A stretch of 63,823 nt of DNA, counting the filler, from Collodictyon triciliatum (lineage: Eukaryota): the NCBI GenBank assembly GCA_043381765.1. It is 15 parts of 15 records of this genome, joined end to end, with 100 filler letters (N's around TTAATTAATTAA, not from the genome) between each part and the next. Parts side by side here need not be neighbours in the genome. Positions count along the whole stretch, not along the records: positions 46,785 to 51,358 come from JBHJMP010005957.1; positions 51,459 to 55,787 come from JBHJMP010005958.1; positions 55,888 to 60,453 come from JBHJMP010005960.1; positions 60,554 to 62,105 come from JBHJMP010006038.1; positions 62,206 to 63,823 come from JBHJMP010006049.1; 10 more parts are not named here. One strand, written 5' to 3'. The notes below the pieces were generated by a model. That model saw nothing but the letters and a program-made list of their open reading frames with translations. It did not search any database and had not been told where the DNA came from. The position numbers were made by a program, and so were the translations under genes. Of the stretch, positions 50,454-63,823 are shown piece after piece. The stretch's first letter is position 1, and every line of letters begins with the position of its first letter.

Positions 50454-51030
50454 CGTATATCTTTGCGATTAATAGACAGAGAATGCTTTGATGCCTCCAT
50501 GCTAGCCATATTCAAGTCAGTCTGAATGGGTAGTTTGAGGGGGGATTTCTTTCGGGGTTTGGAGATGAGCTGCTCTTGGGTCTTGCGATGTGTGGCCTTA
50601 TCCGGTGTTGGTGTTGGAGGGCTCGAGTGCGAAGATTCTGAAGAGGAACCGAGATTTCCTTTCCATGTCATCGTCGCTGTCGCTGTATGCGCGTAACTGC
50701 TGTATGTCTTGCGGACTCTGTTGTTGCCTGGCCTTGGCTTCCTTGAACCCGTTGCTGCTTGTCTGCTTGGTAGGTGTATTCTTTTGCGGGATTTTACTTG
50801 TCGTTCGTTGTTCGCGGCTGGTGGGCGCTCTTTGAGGATGCGCTTTGGACACTTTTTGCCCATGACTGTAAACTTTGCAGGGAGCTGGTTCTTGTGAAAG
50901 AGAAGATTCACCACGGCCGTGTCTGTGAAGAAGCCTTTGTCCTTTTTTATATCCACATGGGTTGGCCTGAACGGCTTCAGCTCCTCGCGAAGGAGTTGCG
51001 GCCACACGTCCAGCGTAGTTGGTAGAGTGT
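50454..51030 (-). mobile_element. Possible non-LTR retrotransposon ORF1 (gag-like) remnant
   Basis: Intron-free, GC-richer segment: WPQLLREELKPF..IKKDKGFFTDTAVVNLLF..LPAKFTVMGK followed by a basic low-complexity tail with a frameshift. It abuts an RT fragment. Confidence 0.4.
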
Positions 51031-51039
51031 TAATGAAGT

Positions 51040-51358
51040 CTTAAAGACCCATGCATCATGATATTCTACGACCTTGAGAAAGCATATGACTATGTGAACC
51101 ATGAAACCCTAGAAATCATCCTAAAAAAGCGAGGATTCTGCTCAAAGTTCACCACACTCATCAAGAAGCTACACGACAACGCCGCAACTAGGGTTCTGAC
51201 TACACACGGCCCTACTGACATAATCCAGACACAAAGCGGCGTCTACCAAGGGTGCCCTCTGGCGCCGCTTCTCTTTAACTTTGTAGCCGACTGCCTTGCA
51301 ATCCACTTCAGAAACAACAACAAAATCCACAACCAGTTCCTCCTGCAATATGCCGACG
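51040..51358 (+). mobile_element. Non-LTR (LINE) reverse transcriptase fragment
   Basis: FYDLEKAYDYVNH..L...GF..GVYQGCPLAPLLFN..LQYAD(D) corresponds to RT motifs 3-5. It starts abruptly and is cut by the scaffold end. Confidence 0.93.
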
Positions 51359-51584
51359 NNNNNNNNNNNNNNNNNNNNNNNNNNNNNNNNNNNNNNNNNN
51401 NNTTAATTAATTAANNNNNNNNNNNNNNNNNNNNNNNNNNNNNNNNNNNNNNNNNNNNAAAGACAAAGACAAAGACAAAGACAAAGACAAAGACAAAGAC
51501 AAAGACAAAGACAAAGACAAAGACAAAGACAAAGACAAAGACAAAGACAAAGACAAAGACAAAGACAAAGAGGATTGGAGTAGG

Positions 51585-52556
51585 ATGATGAGAGAAGTGC
51601 CTTTTAAAGCCTACCGAAAACCTTTCGAAAAGCCAAGACCAAAAGTCGCACAGGAGAGCCGCATGTCACAAGCAAAAAAGCCGACCGGTAAAGGCTCGGG
51701 ACCAGGAACCACTGGCTCGCCTTTGATGAAAGACGATCCCAAAAAGAGTGCAAACTCAGCCGGTCACAAGCGTGAGTCGCAAAGCCCCTCTGCGCCCCGT
51801 GGCCAACCCAGTAATCTTGCTGCCGCACCAAATGCCCATGGAGTGGCCTCCGTCTCACCCCGCCTGGATCAGGTGAGTTCTGCGCAATCTACCCCTACTT
51901 TACTTTCTATTGAACCGCCAGCTTCTTTTTTTTTTTTTTTTTTGCTTGTATGTGCTGCTCGTTTGATCATGTGCTGAGTTGAAGCGCTAACTATTCATTT
52001 TCGTTGCGGTTTGAGAGTTGGAAACATAAGACTTGAAAAATAAAGACAGACTAGCTTCGCAATGACTTTACGTTTTTTTTTTATGATAGACGCATATATT
52101 TTATTATATTATACTGGAGTATAGTGTACAATAACGTACTGTACTGTACTGTATTTATTTATTCTTCCTTTCAATTTGTGCAAGATGATAGAGGTTTTTA
52201 TTGTATTGTATTGTATTGTATTGTATTGTATTGTATTGTATTGTATTGTATTGTATTGTATTGTATTGTATTGTATTGTATTGTATTGTGTTGTATTGTA
52301 TTGTATTGTATTGTATTGTATTGTATTGTATTGTATTGTATTGTATTGTATTGTATTGTATTGTGTTGAATTGTATTGTATATCCGTGAATTCATGGATA
52401 AATATTTATAGAATCCGACACCTGTAGAAGAGGATCGGGATCAAAAGCTCCACGCTGTGGAGGATGATCTTCTTGGGGGCGGATATGAAAGTGAAAATTC
52501 CTCTGCAACTGATATGACAGACCTAGAAATCAAAGGTTTATACTTTTCCCATCGCC

Positions 52557-52648
<92 letters not shown>

Positions 52649-52658
52649 NNNNNNNNNN

Positions 52659-52706
<48 letters not shown>

Positions 52707-54190
52707 TCCTTGACTTTCTTGAATCAAACAGTAAATCATTTATGAGTGCATCAATCGTATAGTATAATCGATCCATTCACTGTCTTTCATACCCTATTTT
52801 CATGTTTTCTTCTTTTTCGAATGGCTACTCACAAATAATGATCCTGGCTGGGAATTGTGTACAGACAATAGTTTCATACTGAAAAATGTATTGCTTCCCC
52901 TCTAATTTCTCATGTCTTGCAGAAATAATGGAAGAGATGGACTCTACCGGGCGATTGTCGTACACGAATAAGTGCGAGCAACTCCACATTGTCCCTGTCT
53001 CTGCATTCTTGTCCCAATTATCTTCCAATCACGTAAATCTGAAACATCACGGATTAGGACCTAAAGGGGCAATAGCTATAGCCGAGGCTTTAAAGGTCAG
53101 TAATTTAATGTCTTTGGATACTCAGTGTGCATATTCATCAATCTTCATTGAGGTCTTTATCTAAGACACTGCTCCATGCGTGATAGGTAAATAGCACTAT
53201 CACCTCTATCGACGTAAGCGATAATTCAATCGAGGACGAAGGATGCATGTCGATGGCAGAGACTTTATTGACAAATTCGCAAATTACACACATTGACATA
53301 TCACAAAATAGAATATCTGGGAAAGGTTGTGCTGCTTTAGCCAAAATGCTAGAGAGCAATCTCACTCTTTCTTCATTATCTCTCTCTTCTAATAAGCTCA
53401 GAGAGAAAGATATCAAAGACTTTTGTAACGCACTTCGATTTAACACTACATTAAACAAGGTCCGAATCAACTTTTTTTTTTAACCCCCTATTATTTATAT
53501 TGTAGTTTATTTTTTCCCTCCTCATCTTATTTCTTCAAATATTCACTGCTCGATGTCCATTTTTTTTCAAACAAAGAATATGGGGATGAGATGATATCCT
53601 TAACTAATTTTTTTAAAATGGAATCCACTTATGCAGCTACGTTGCTCAAGATACATCCCCCTTGACAATAGGTAGACGTCAGCCATAACGACTTTAACGA
53701 GAATTGTGGACTCTTATGGGGTGACGTAGTTGGGGTGAATAATGACGTCAGCGAACTTAACTTGAGTTGGAATTGTATTCGAGCAAGAGGATTTGAGTCG
53801 TTTGGGAAGGCGCTGCGCCAGAACAGAGGATTGGTAATGTTAGATCTGAGTTGGAACGGTCTAGACGATGGGTATATCGACGATTTTGCACTGGCAATAT
53901 CAAATCACCCGCATCTCAAAGTCCTCAAACTAGCACACAACCGGATTGGACCGGCTGGAGCCAAGAAAATATCTGATGCTCTCAAGCACAACAACGTCCT
54001 GGTGCAGTTTGTAATATCTAATAATCCGCTGCAGAAAGATGGAGTTGCTGCACTCATAGATGTCTTTTCATCAAACGCAACAATCAAAGTCATGGATCTA
54101 CAAACAGCGCACATCAGTGATGGAGAAGCGAAAGAGTTTCGTGCCCTCATAACCCAAAAGAACTTATTGAAGCAAGTGATATTCCCATGA
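51585..54190 (+). CDS. LRRC74: LRRC74-like RNI-type leucine-rich repeat protein, about 5 exons
   Basis: TDLEIK..Y..KCEQLHIVPVSAFL..VNLKHHGLGPKGAIAIAEALKVN matches the LRRC74A/B N-terminal signature. It is followed by 28-aa LRRs (LNLSWNCI, LDLSWNGL, LKLAHNRIG). Confidence 0.8.
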
Positions 54191-55949
54191 ACCGACGAAT
54201 TGACCCATACAGCAAGTATAAACCAAGAAGAAAAATAGCAAGAATAGCCTACTAAGGACACAGGAGCCACTGTGTATCAAAAAAAAAATTTTTTTTCTTG
54301 AAACTGTCTCAGCATTTGTGTGGCCTGGTAATTTTCGCAGTAGATAGAAGAAAAAAACATGGGAGGGGAAGAAATATTTACAGAATGTAGTTTCTTTAGA
54401 CAAACACCAAACAATCAAATAAGCTTTGAAAAGGGTTGGCAATATTGTTCCTCACTTCACAACAATTCCTTTCTTTTCTTTTTTTTTTTAACCGAATTGA
54501 GAATATATAGTGAAATCTTTGCTTACCAGGGTCTAGCCTTCATAATTTACAATACTCATTTCCTTGTTATGAGAAGCCGAATAAGAAATAAGAAGAAAAA
54601 AGAAATTGGAAAACAAAAAGAGTCTGCTCTTCAGGGGGTTTAAGGGGATGTTTTTTTTTTTTCATTTTTAAAAAATCCTTTAAAACATGTCGGACTGCGA
54701 ACTACTGTTGCATATATCGTCAGAGTCTAGAAGGGCAGACAGAAAATCTCCCAAATCAGGCTTGGCTTCAGCTACCTCGCTTAGAGGCTTTAGAGCTTAT
54801 CGAAATGTTTCGCATTAGAACGAATAGCGTCGGTATTATTGGATGTGATACAAACACGTTTATATAAATACCAATATAAGAAAAATGTCAACAGACAGAT
54901 ATTGCCATGTATTGTTATACCTCTGGTTGTGCGGTCTTCTCCGATACGAGAGTCTGATTACAAAAAAATGTTATATTTATTTATGCATACCCTTAGTCTT
55001 TCTTTCTTACTTTCTTTACTACACATCTTAACTATGTTGATATATTCAGCGAGACATAAAAATGGATATACTGAATCATCATAATGTGCAACGCGACTGA
55101 AAATTTTTGTTTAAATTTCATAATTTTCAAATCAATTTTTTTTTTTTTAAAAAAAAACAAATATTTACATCAATAGAAATATGAATAATGTAACAAAAAT
55201 GTAAAGTGATACAATAAGCCAAAAAAAAAAACTCCAAAATAAAATGAAGTAAACAAAGACAATAAATAATAAAAGATCTACTTGACTTTGGCCTATCCAA
55301 ATGAATCTGAGTATTGCTGTGTTCCGAGGCTATCCGGGTCTCGGCATCTAATACAGTTAAGTCAGAGAGGATTTTTTTTTTTTGGGAGTTAAGATAATAA
55401 ATTATATATGATTTCTCTCAAAGGGTATGACGACAAATATTTTAATACCAAAACTCCTTGCAACAGTTGGCGTATGGGTTGCACTGGATGGTCCAGATGC
55501 CATAGCTTAAAAAAAAAAGTGGTATTTTTTATGGAGAAATTCTTAATGTTCAAATAATTGGTAGCTTTAAGTCAAACTTTCGAAGAAACTCACGAAACAT
55601 ATTAGATAAAGTTGGGATGCAAAGTTAATCGCATGGTGTTAAAAAGAAATGACTATAGCATCAACAGGGTAGAGTGTGAGAGGGGAGGGGGGGGGGGGGG
55701 GGGGGGAAAAAAAAAAGAAAAAAAATACAAAAAAAAAACACAAACACACAAAAAAAAAAAGAAAAAAATTATTTTTGCAAAAAAAAANNNNNNNNNNNNN
55801 NNNNNNNNNNNNNNNNNNNNNNNNNNNNNNNTTAATTAATTAANNNNNNNNNNNNNNNNNNNNNNNNNNNNNNNNNNNNNNNNNNNNCCTCCCTCCAAGT
55901 AGTAGATCGAAACAGTTCCCTTTCCCACGGATTTTGTCTTTTCTCCCTT

Positions 55950-58900
55950 CCATTTTCAACTGTATCAGAGTTTTTCCATGACTTTAGTTTGGACAGTTTC
56001 CCATTCAAAATGAATAATTAATACTTAATATGGTAGATTGAATAAAATAAAGCGATTTTTCAGCTGGTCCATGAAGTAGCCAGGTTGAACCATTCATCGA
56101 AAAAAAGGGCATTGGCACGGAATGAAGTTTGTTTGATTCTCATTTTGTTATATTTTTGCTAGGCGAATTGAAACTCAGTGTGTGCGTATTTTGTGTTCTA
56201 TTGTTGAGTATCAAACATGTGACCAATTTTCTGTCATTAAATTTATATTCTAATCATATTTTTGTTTTTAGAAGTAAAACATACCAGATTTGTTGTATGA
56301 TAAAATTTGATCAGATCCACACTGTTCTACTATCAGAATGCTTGTGCATTCTGGCCTAAAGATTCCACTGTCTTGTAAAATGTGCGTTGAATATGTTAAT
56401 TATAGAGTTTTCTATGTATTGAGATAATTCAATATATGTTATAAATAAATAAAAATATTCCTTATAAAAATGAAACGAACAAATCTCACAATATGGCTTG
56501 CATATGACCTAAAATCGCGAGCGCAAAGGCCCATGTGCGGTGAGATAGGGGAAAATGAGCCTATTTGGCTAGTTCGTCAGGTGCTACTATAAAGAGCTTT
56601 TGTTAGATTCCACTGAGAAAGCATTAAAATTACTCTATCCATAACTTTGGATATCTGAAATGATTAATTTTTTGTTCCTTAATTCGATTCAAAAAGCAGC
56701 ACGGTTTTGCCATACAAAGGGACGAGAAAAGTGCGCGTGGTAGAAAACAAACGCGAGTAGAAGACACCACCGTAGAAAGGCTAGCAATATCTATAATGTT
56801 TGTTTTAAAATATTTTCATGTCGTAAAATTCAACACCTTTGTTTTTCGAACATCTATTCTTATAATTTATCCATCATCCAATCTCATTTGTGCCCATGTG
56901 AGAAATAAAGAAAATTTTGTAATGATAACAAAGAAGCAGAGTCTACTACTTTCTTAGAATTATATAATCAAAGGACTTATGTATTAAGTCATGTAAAGTG
57001 TATCATACTTAAATACGACTAATTGAAGTGTAATTTTGCGACTAAAGGTGCCGCGTTGAAAGGACGACTTTCTCCGGACTATTTGGGATGTATAATTGTT
57101 TGTTTAAGTTTCCAAAATATTGAGGTTTAATGTAGTACTTAATTCAACTATAAATATATGTATGTTTTTTTGGAGTCTATCCGACAATTCAAGAGCATTA
57201 TTCTTACGAATCCACTATTGCCTTTGTTGCAGGAGTTGTGCAGTATGTCAGCTATTGCTCGTAATCTGCTGGATACTAAATGTGAATTGATCAATAAAAA
57301 CGGTCTCTATAATTTAAGAATTCAATAAAAAAAAAGTATGTGATAGTAAGTATCAAAACAGTAAATAGAGTAACCGCTTCTTCATCACGCATATTTCTTC
57401 CTCTTCGATGGTTGCAAATGTTCGAACGAACAATTAATGTTGCGAATTGTCTTATTATTTAAAAATTATGTCATCTCGCGTGTACAAAAAATCGATTCTT
57501 TGATATAATTTGTTATTATAAAGTTACATTATTACATTTCTGGTGCCAAATGATCAGCTTCAGTCGCAAGGATGCAGTCATTATAGATGATCTTTTCCTC
57601 CCTTTTTGGCCATAGCTCAACCATTTTCTCTATCCTATGGACAGTGAGGTTCATTTAAGGTATTGTTTATAATAGCATGACTAATAGAAGTAAATATTGT
57701 CATATATTTTGATACGGCATGCGGTTAACAAAACTTGACAATGGTAATAAAAAATAATGATAAATGACTCATCACTTACCCTTAATCATAGCGATTCCCC
57801 GAGCACAATAAACGATGAGTTGCTGAGTCTTTATCCTGATAGTAAACTTCCAGGCATGTTAAATTGACTGCAGCTCCGCTTGATTGGAAAAATAAAAATA
57901 TAGAGGGAGGAAGGCATATAATTATTATATAGATCAGAATATGTTATATTTTTCACTAGTACGTGAATCCCATAAAAAAAAAAAGCCTGAGTTGAGAAGA
58001 ACTAGGAAAAAAGATCAAAATAACCGAAATGATGGCAAGTATGTGGCTAAATGAGATGTACTTGATGGCTGCGTCTCTGGAAAAATCCGTCCGAGTGAGT
58101 GCGATGTGGACAACAGAGCAACTAATGTCTCAGTCGCCGTCATGCCCGTGAAAATTATCCCAAGCTGCACGTGATGGGATTAGAGTTCAATATACACCAT
58201 AAATAATAATAAAACTAAAGCTATATCTATGAAGATAAAAGAATAAAGTGTATATGGAGATTTGAGTAGCTCAGGAAGTGTGGATGCATGGCCAAAAATT
58301 CTCTGCTACAGGATGCTCATAACTTGAATAGTCCCGCTTCTTCTTGGCTTACAGATTGCTGTATAAATGAGAGCCCTGACAAATTGGCACATAAAATTAG
58401 AAAACTTGAATTCTTTATCATATGGATACGCAATTGAGTTTTCATGAGTTTTTTGAGTTGTGGGATGATGAGTAATGGTAGAACCAGATATTAAACAAGG
58501 CAAGGACTAAGCCAAACACATTTAGGTTTGCTGGAAGAAATCGTTTTCTGTCCTTGCTTGTATCTTTTAGAGTTTGTATTATTTCCCAGCATCCGATAGA
58601 CTACCCCTCTCTCGATAAAGTCTTTTGGCTTTTTGAAATAAGATGTCAATTTGAAATAAAATATCAAACTTTCTTAGGTTAAACATTTGCCTTTATAAAA
58701 AAAATAAAGTATGATTTCATGTTGGTTTCTTCCGTTTGCTTGGCATACGTTGATATTGTTGTTTGTGTGGTAAAAAGAATGAGTGTCCCGCCATAGGGAT
58801 TCTATGAATTATCTCTGTTCTGTTCTCCTGATCTTTGGCTTTTGTTCTTGGCTGTCTGTGTGCTTTCGTTGGTGGAAATGCGTTTGTGAGTTGATCTGCT

Positions 58901-60300
58901 ATATACACAAGTGAGCTATTTTTCTCGTTATGGAATTGATAATATTTTACATTTTATAAGTACAAAGACATAAGTAAATGTTTTTCTAATAATAAATTTG
59001 CTTGCAAAGATATCTAAAGCATAAAAATTATAGGAAAGTGATGGACGGAGCAAATGTGGAAAAAATGGGGCTAGTGTCTTGGATATCTGAATAAGCGGGT
59101 TAGTGACTATTTGAAAGTGAATATAGCTAGGAATATGTATTATTTTCTAATACTACAAACCAATCCATCTCTTCCATCCCACTACCAATTCTTCATCGAT
59201 TTCTCATATTTTTTTTGTGAGATGCAACATAGATTTGAGAGATTTGACTGGTTTTGCCGCGAAATGAAGAAAGATTCATTGATTATGTCTTAACATGTAC
59301 AATTTTTTATGAATTATACATAATCTGTCGCGAAAATAAATCAATTCTTGGTCGATTCTTTTTTTTAGTAACGGCCTATGAACAGAGGGAAATATTACAA
59401 CTGCACATAATAAAATGCGAACCTATGGAAAGAATACTCGCATTAACATTAACATTAATTTTCACATAGCAAAAAACAAAAGCACCAGAGTATCGCATTG
59501 TATTAGTTGAAGAGAAAAGCACATTGTGCGCATCAAATGGCCCACATATCGACCTTATCCATTCAGATATCTGATGGAAAGGGGTGCAGTCCGTGATCTA
59601 AAAAACCAGTAAATCAAAGCACTTTGATACATTTCACTGCTGATTGTTGCTCTTGAAAGCACTGCAGGCGCATCTCGCTATTGGAATCCAAAGTCTAGTT
59701 TGCTAGCTTGTTAACTTCCTTCTTTTCTTTCTTTTCTTCAATAGTTTATTGATCAAACACATCGCCAACGATGAATACCGTTCTATTTGAATCTATTTTT
59801 TTTTTGAAAAGGCTGATATTTGATGGGGGCTTTGGTTACGGGCACCACCTTTCGAGTATCTTTATTGACCCATTATAATAGCTTATAAAACCACACAAAG
59901 CAAAGGTTTATGCTATAATATTGCTTTTTTTTTAACTTTTCAAAAGGTATACATGATATTATTGGATATTCTGTAAAAATAAGAACTTATTAGATCACTG
60001 CTACGAATTTTTTTTTTTTGTAAGTTACTGATCTCACACTGTCGTTGAGGTCTATGAGGCACATTAATTTTTTCCGTTTATATTTTGTTAAAAGAAAGTG
60101 TTTTATTATGATTCTACGCCCGCCATAGTTGTTGCACCTTGGTTGAAAGCACGAACGCCTTTTGGATTCATATGCAGGTCGTTGTAGTATAGAAACCAAA
60201 TTCAAGACTCATCTAATATATATATATCTGTTGTGGGTCGAGCTTCATACAATCCTTAAAAGCTGTAACTACCAAAGCCCTGACTTGGATTCAAGCCTAG
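55950..60300 (-). CDS. Unidentified multi-exon gene fragment (one segment weakly C2-like)
   Basis: A series of minus-strand GT donors (near 56284, 57206, 57535, 57778, 58024, 58748) bound short open exons, e.g. ARGIAMIK|GIEKMVELWPKGRKRSSIMTASLRLKLIIW. No family firmly recognised; boundaries approximate. Confidence 0.35.
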
Positions 60301-60741
60301 GCTAAACTTCCGGCAAAGTCCAAGTGTCGCGACTGATTTAAATCAGACAATGAATGCGTAACCAGTAGACGCAACATGTGAAAGTCGCTGATTTTAATTC
60401 AAAAAAAAAAGAATATTCAATTTGGATATAATGCTGTATTTGATTTTTTTTTTNNNNNNNNNNNNNNNNNNNNNNNNNNNNNNNNNNNNNNNNNNNNTTA
60501 ATTAATTAANNNNNNNNNNNNNNNNNNNNNNNNNNNNNNNNNNNNNNNNNNNNCGGAAGCATCGTGGTAGAGGGGGCGGGGGGGGGGATTGAGCCACTGG
60601 GGGTGGGGGGGGGGGGTGGGGGGGGGGGGGGGGGGGGGGGCGCAGCACAAAAATATGTCAATACCTCAAATCCAAATCTAACGTGCAAAGCAATGAATAT
60701 GTGAATAGGGGATTGGCAACTGATAATAAAATGATAGATTA

Positions 60742-61896
60742 CTTTCCCGAGTATATCTTCTGGGGTAAAGGAATGGCATGCTCCTCCTCAATAACTAAGT
60801 TGTATTCGCCATCTACGTATGTATCTTCGACAGTTTTTTCGGTCTCGTTTGTCTTTTGCTCCTCAGCTACAGACACAACTTCACTAGTGCTATCGTATGA
60901 CTCCGAGTCTGTATCCTGCTTCATCGTCTAAAATCGGACCAAGTTAGTGTTGCGACAATTCAAAGAAATACAACTTAAAGGTACGCTTTTGTACCAGAGC
61001 GATGTTTGTTTGCATACCTTAATTATGTTTTCATCTCCATCGAAAAGAGAAACACCATCGTGGACCATGTTTGTACGCCCCAAATATCCTTTGAACTCGC
61101 CTGTTTTCTCCCATACCCCAATCTCTCCATGCGCGGAACCAGTTAAGAAGAGTGCGCTCTCAAAGTCATAACATGCTCTATACTTATCAACAAACGAATC
61201 AGTGACAAGATGTTCAAGTAGGAAAAGAAACCTGCTATGCACTGAAAAACATTGAGGGAATTCTTTTGTATGCCTGCAGTATATCATATTTGAATTATTT
61301 CGTATTTGGTAAACTAATCACAGTCTCACGATATTATTTTATGTTGGTGTGCTCTCCAAAATCGAATTGGTTTTGGATTACTCTCAAAATCTAGAAGAGT
61401 ATTCACTTTCCAAATCTGAATACATTTTATGATAGAGAAAATTTAGCAATTTCTGGTTCATGATTTTAGAGCCTTTTTTAATTAGTATATAATCACAATG
61501 CATGAATGAAGGCCTGTACTGCCGCGATACAAATCTCATTTAACCCGAGTGTTTATATTTTCAGATTTTAAGACGAATCAAATCAATTGAATTTCAGAAT
61601 ATATTTAATTTCTTATACAAACTTTTGCAAATCCGCCTGCATCTGTGATGAGGGCGTGCATTTCATCCGTGTCCAATATTATATTTGTTATCTGCCGATG
61701 TAGTTAGGAGAGGAATACATGTATACCATAAGTTAAAGAGAGAAAATTGTTTTATTAGTAGTGATTATGGAAACCTGATGAGGAAATGATGTGATACTGG
61801 ATGATAATATTTTTCCTCTATTTGGATCAATAATGAAGAGTCCGCCATTGTGCGTCCCTGCCAGCAAACATCCTCTTTTTTTGACAAATGACATCT
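60742..61896 (-). CDS. WD40-repeat protein fragment
   Basis: Exons LLAGTHNGGLFIIDP, ITNIILDTDEMHALITDAGGFAK and LFLTGSAHGEIGVWEKTGEFKGYLG, followed by an acidic segment. Confidence 0.6.
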
Positions 61897-62205
61897 GTAT
61901 GTTTGTAATGACTTTAATGTCTTTTGGACAGTAGAGGATTATTTTATTTCATTTTATTTCATTTTATTTCATTTTCATTTTATTTCATTTTATTTCATTT
62001 ATTTTCATTTTATTTCATTTTATTTCATTTTATTTCATTTTATTTCATTTTATTTCATTTTATTTCATTTTATTTCATTTTATTTCATTTTATTTCATTT
62101 TCATTNNNNNNNNNNNNNNNNNNNNNNNNNNNNNNNNNNNNNNNNNNNNTTAATTAATTAANNNNNNNNNNNNNNNNNNNNNNNNNNNNNNNNNNNNNNN
62201 NNNNN

Positions 62206-62993
62206 GGGCCAACCCGTTTGCTATGTAGCCAGCTCCAACGTCAGTAATTTCATTTCCTTGCAAGTTGATTTCTACTAATGACTTGGTCACTCTTAGAAAT
62301 CTCTCCACTTGCTTACAGCCTTCATCCGAAACTTCGTTTCCACCAATGTGGAGGGTTCTGAGAGAAAATAATGTGTATTTTTTGTATGAGTTCGTCATAT
62401 GGGTTTTGTTTCTTATCCAAAAAAAAAAATTAGTCGAACAAAGGATGTAAACCATGATAAATGATTCAACACAGTGCCCTGAAACCATGTTTGCAAAAAG
62501 GGATATTAAAAAAATGATATATTAATGTGAGGAGGAAATACGTATACCAGCCAAAGAAGTATAAGGAGAAAGAACATGGATAGAAAAAATCTTCAAAAAA
62601 AAATAATAATCATTAGTCTGCTTTTATAATGAAGGAAATTGGTAAATAAACTAAAACTTGTAAGGAATACAAACAGTAAGAAATAGTTAAGAAGTTTATA
62701 CTCTATTTACTTCATAAGATTAGTATAAGTATAGAATGGATTAATTTGAGCAAAATCAATCATATTTTAAGACCAATAACGCATGATCAAAATGAAAACA
62801 AAGAATAAGATATACGTATATCCTTACTCAATATTCGGGTAGAAAGACAAAACTTGAAGAATGTGTGAAAATCCAGCATGAGTAATAACGTTGTTTTTTA
62901 AAATAATGTCCTTGATGAATTTGAATTGGTTTCCTTTCAAGGCCTAGATATAAATGAAAGTCTAAAATCAATAAAATAAAGACAGAAGAATAT

Positions 62994-63087
<94 letters not shown>

Positions 63088-63520
63088 AAAAGGAAAAGGA
63101 AAAGGAAAAGGAAAAGGACAAGGAAAAGAAAGGACGCGTTTCATACCGCTTCAAGTAAAAATAAAAGACTAATGGAAGGATTATTGTAGATATACTTTTA
63201 AAAGAAAAGGAATACCCTTATGAAGCTAAGGGGAAGAAATACATAAAGTTACAGATTTATCATACTGTTTTTTTTTTGTTTTTTGTTTTTTTTGCATTCA
63301 TAAAAACGTTAGCGCTTAAAAGATACACAGAGTGATATAGATGGTATAATAAAACAAGGAAAATATAACCATAATATTTGGAAATAAGGAAAGGAAAAAG
63401 GATAAATGGTTGTGTTTTTATTGTTGCATGGGGTTTCATTCACCTGTGAAAGAACGATCGCACCATCGTCTCCTATTTCGTTGCCCTCAAGATTGATTGT
63501 TGTCCATGTTTTGCTTTGTG
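62206..63520 (-). CDS. RNI/NLRC3-type leucine-rich repeat protein fragment
   Basis: Exons TINLEGNEIGDDGAIVLSQ|ALKGN..IILKNNVITHAG and TLHIGGNEVSDEGCKQV..EINLQGNEITDVGAGYIANGL. Confidence 0.8.
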
Positions 63521-63823
63521 TGATATAAGGGGCAAGAATCTTATACGTGCCAAGGTTTAAAAAAAAAATAGCGAAGAAAAAAAAAACGGATGATTCAAGG
63601 CATAGGTTGCATGTCTTTCTGTCTTATTTTCTCGCACACCCAGAGTTAACAGTGTCCAGTGAAGGCCATCTGAGAGGGAGAATAAAAGGCGAAAATGCGA
63701 AAAGGCGCAAACAACAACAGAGATGGAAAACAAATAAAAGAAACAAAAAAAAAAAAAAAAAGAGAGGGGGGGGAGAAAGGGGGCCGGGGATACACGGCCT
63801 CTTTGTTCCCCAAAGCAAAGAAA

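Noticed and set aside
53594-53604. ATATCCTTAAC as a U12 intron signal
   Set aside because: The host intron has an ordinary GTCCGA donor and the motif is about 70 nt from the acceptor. No U12 donor and branch-point pair was found.

Overview
AT-rich, intron-rich eukaryotic DNA, probably from a flagellated protist (it carries CEP290 and an LRRC74-like gene). The window is not one locus. It is about 15 unrelated scaffolds (mostly ~4.6 kb, ordered roughly by decreasing size) joined by artificial 100-nt spacers of the form N44-TTAATTAATTAA-N44, and most scaffolds end in microsatellites. Recognisable spliced genes, many truncated by scaffold ends: an aldehyde dehydrogenase, FAM133-like, fibrocystin-L/PKHD1L1-like, an LRR-pseudokinase-SAM protein, the start of a Cfd1/NUBP2-like gene, TM9SF, an intronless GT-A glycosyltransferase-like gene, a secreted LpqC/PHB-depolymerase-like esterase, a DENN protein, SF3A1, CEP290, a Kelch protein, LRRC74-like, and WD40 and RNI-LRR fragments. 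One scaffold is a single reading frame of about 80 copies of an 18-aa repeat, and there are several non-LTR retrotransposon remnants. The highlight is a degenerate Fanzor1 (eukaryotic TnpB-family RNA-guided nuclease) of apparent giant-virus type at about 22165-22815 (minus strand). It is followed directly by strand-specific hairpins that look like an omegaRNA scaffold. Family calls come from motif recognition only; no database searches were run.
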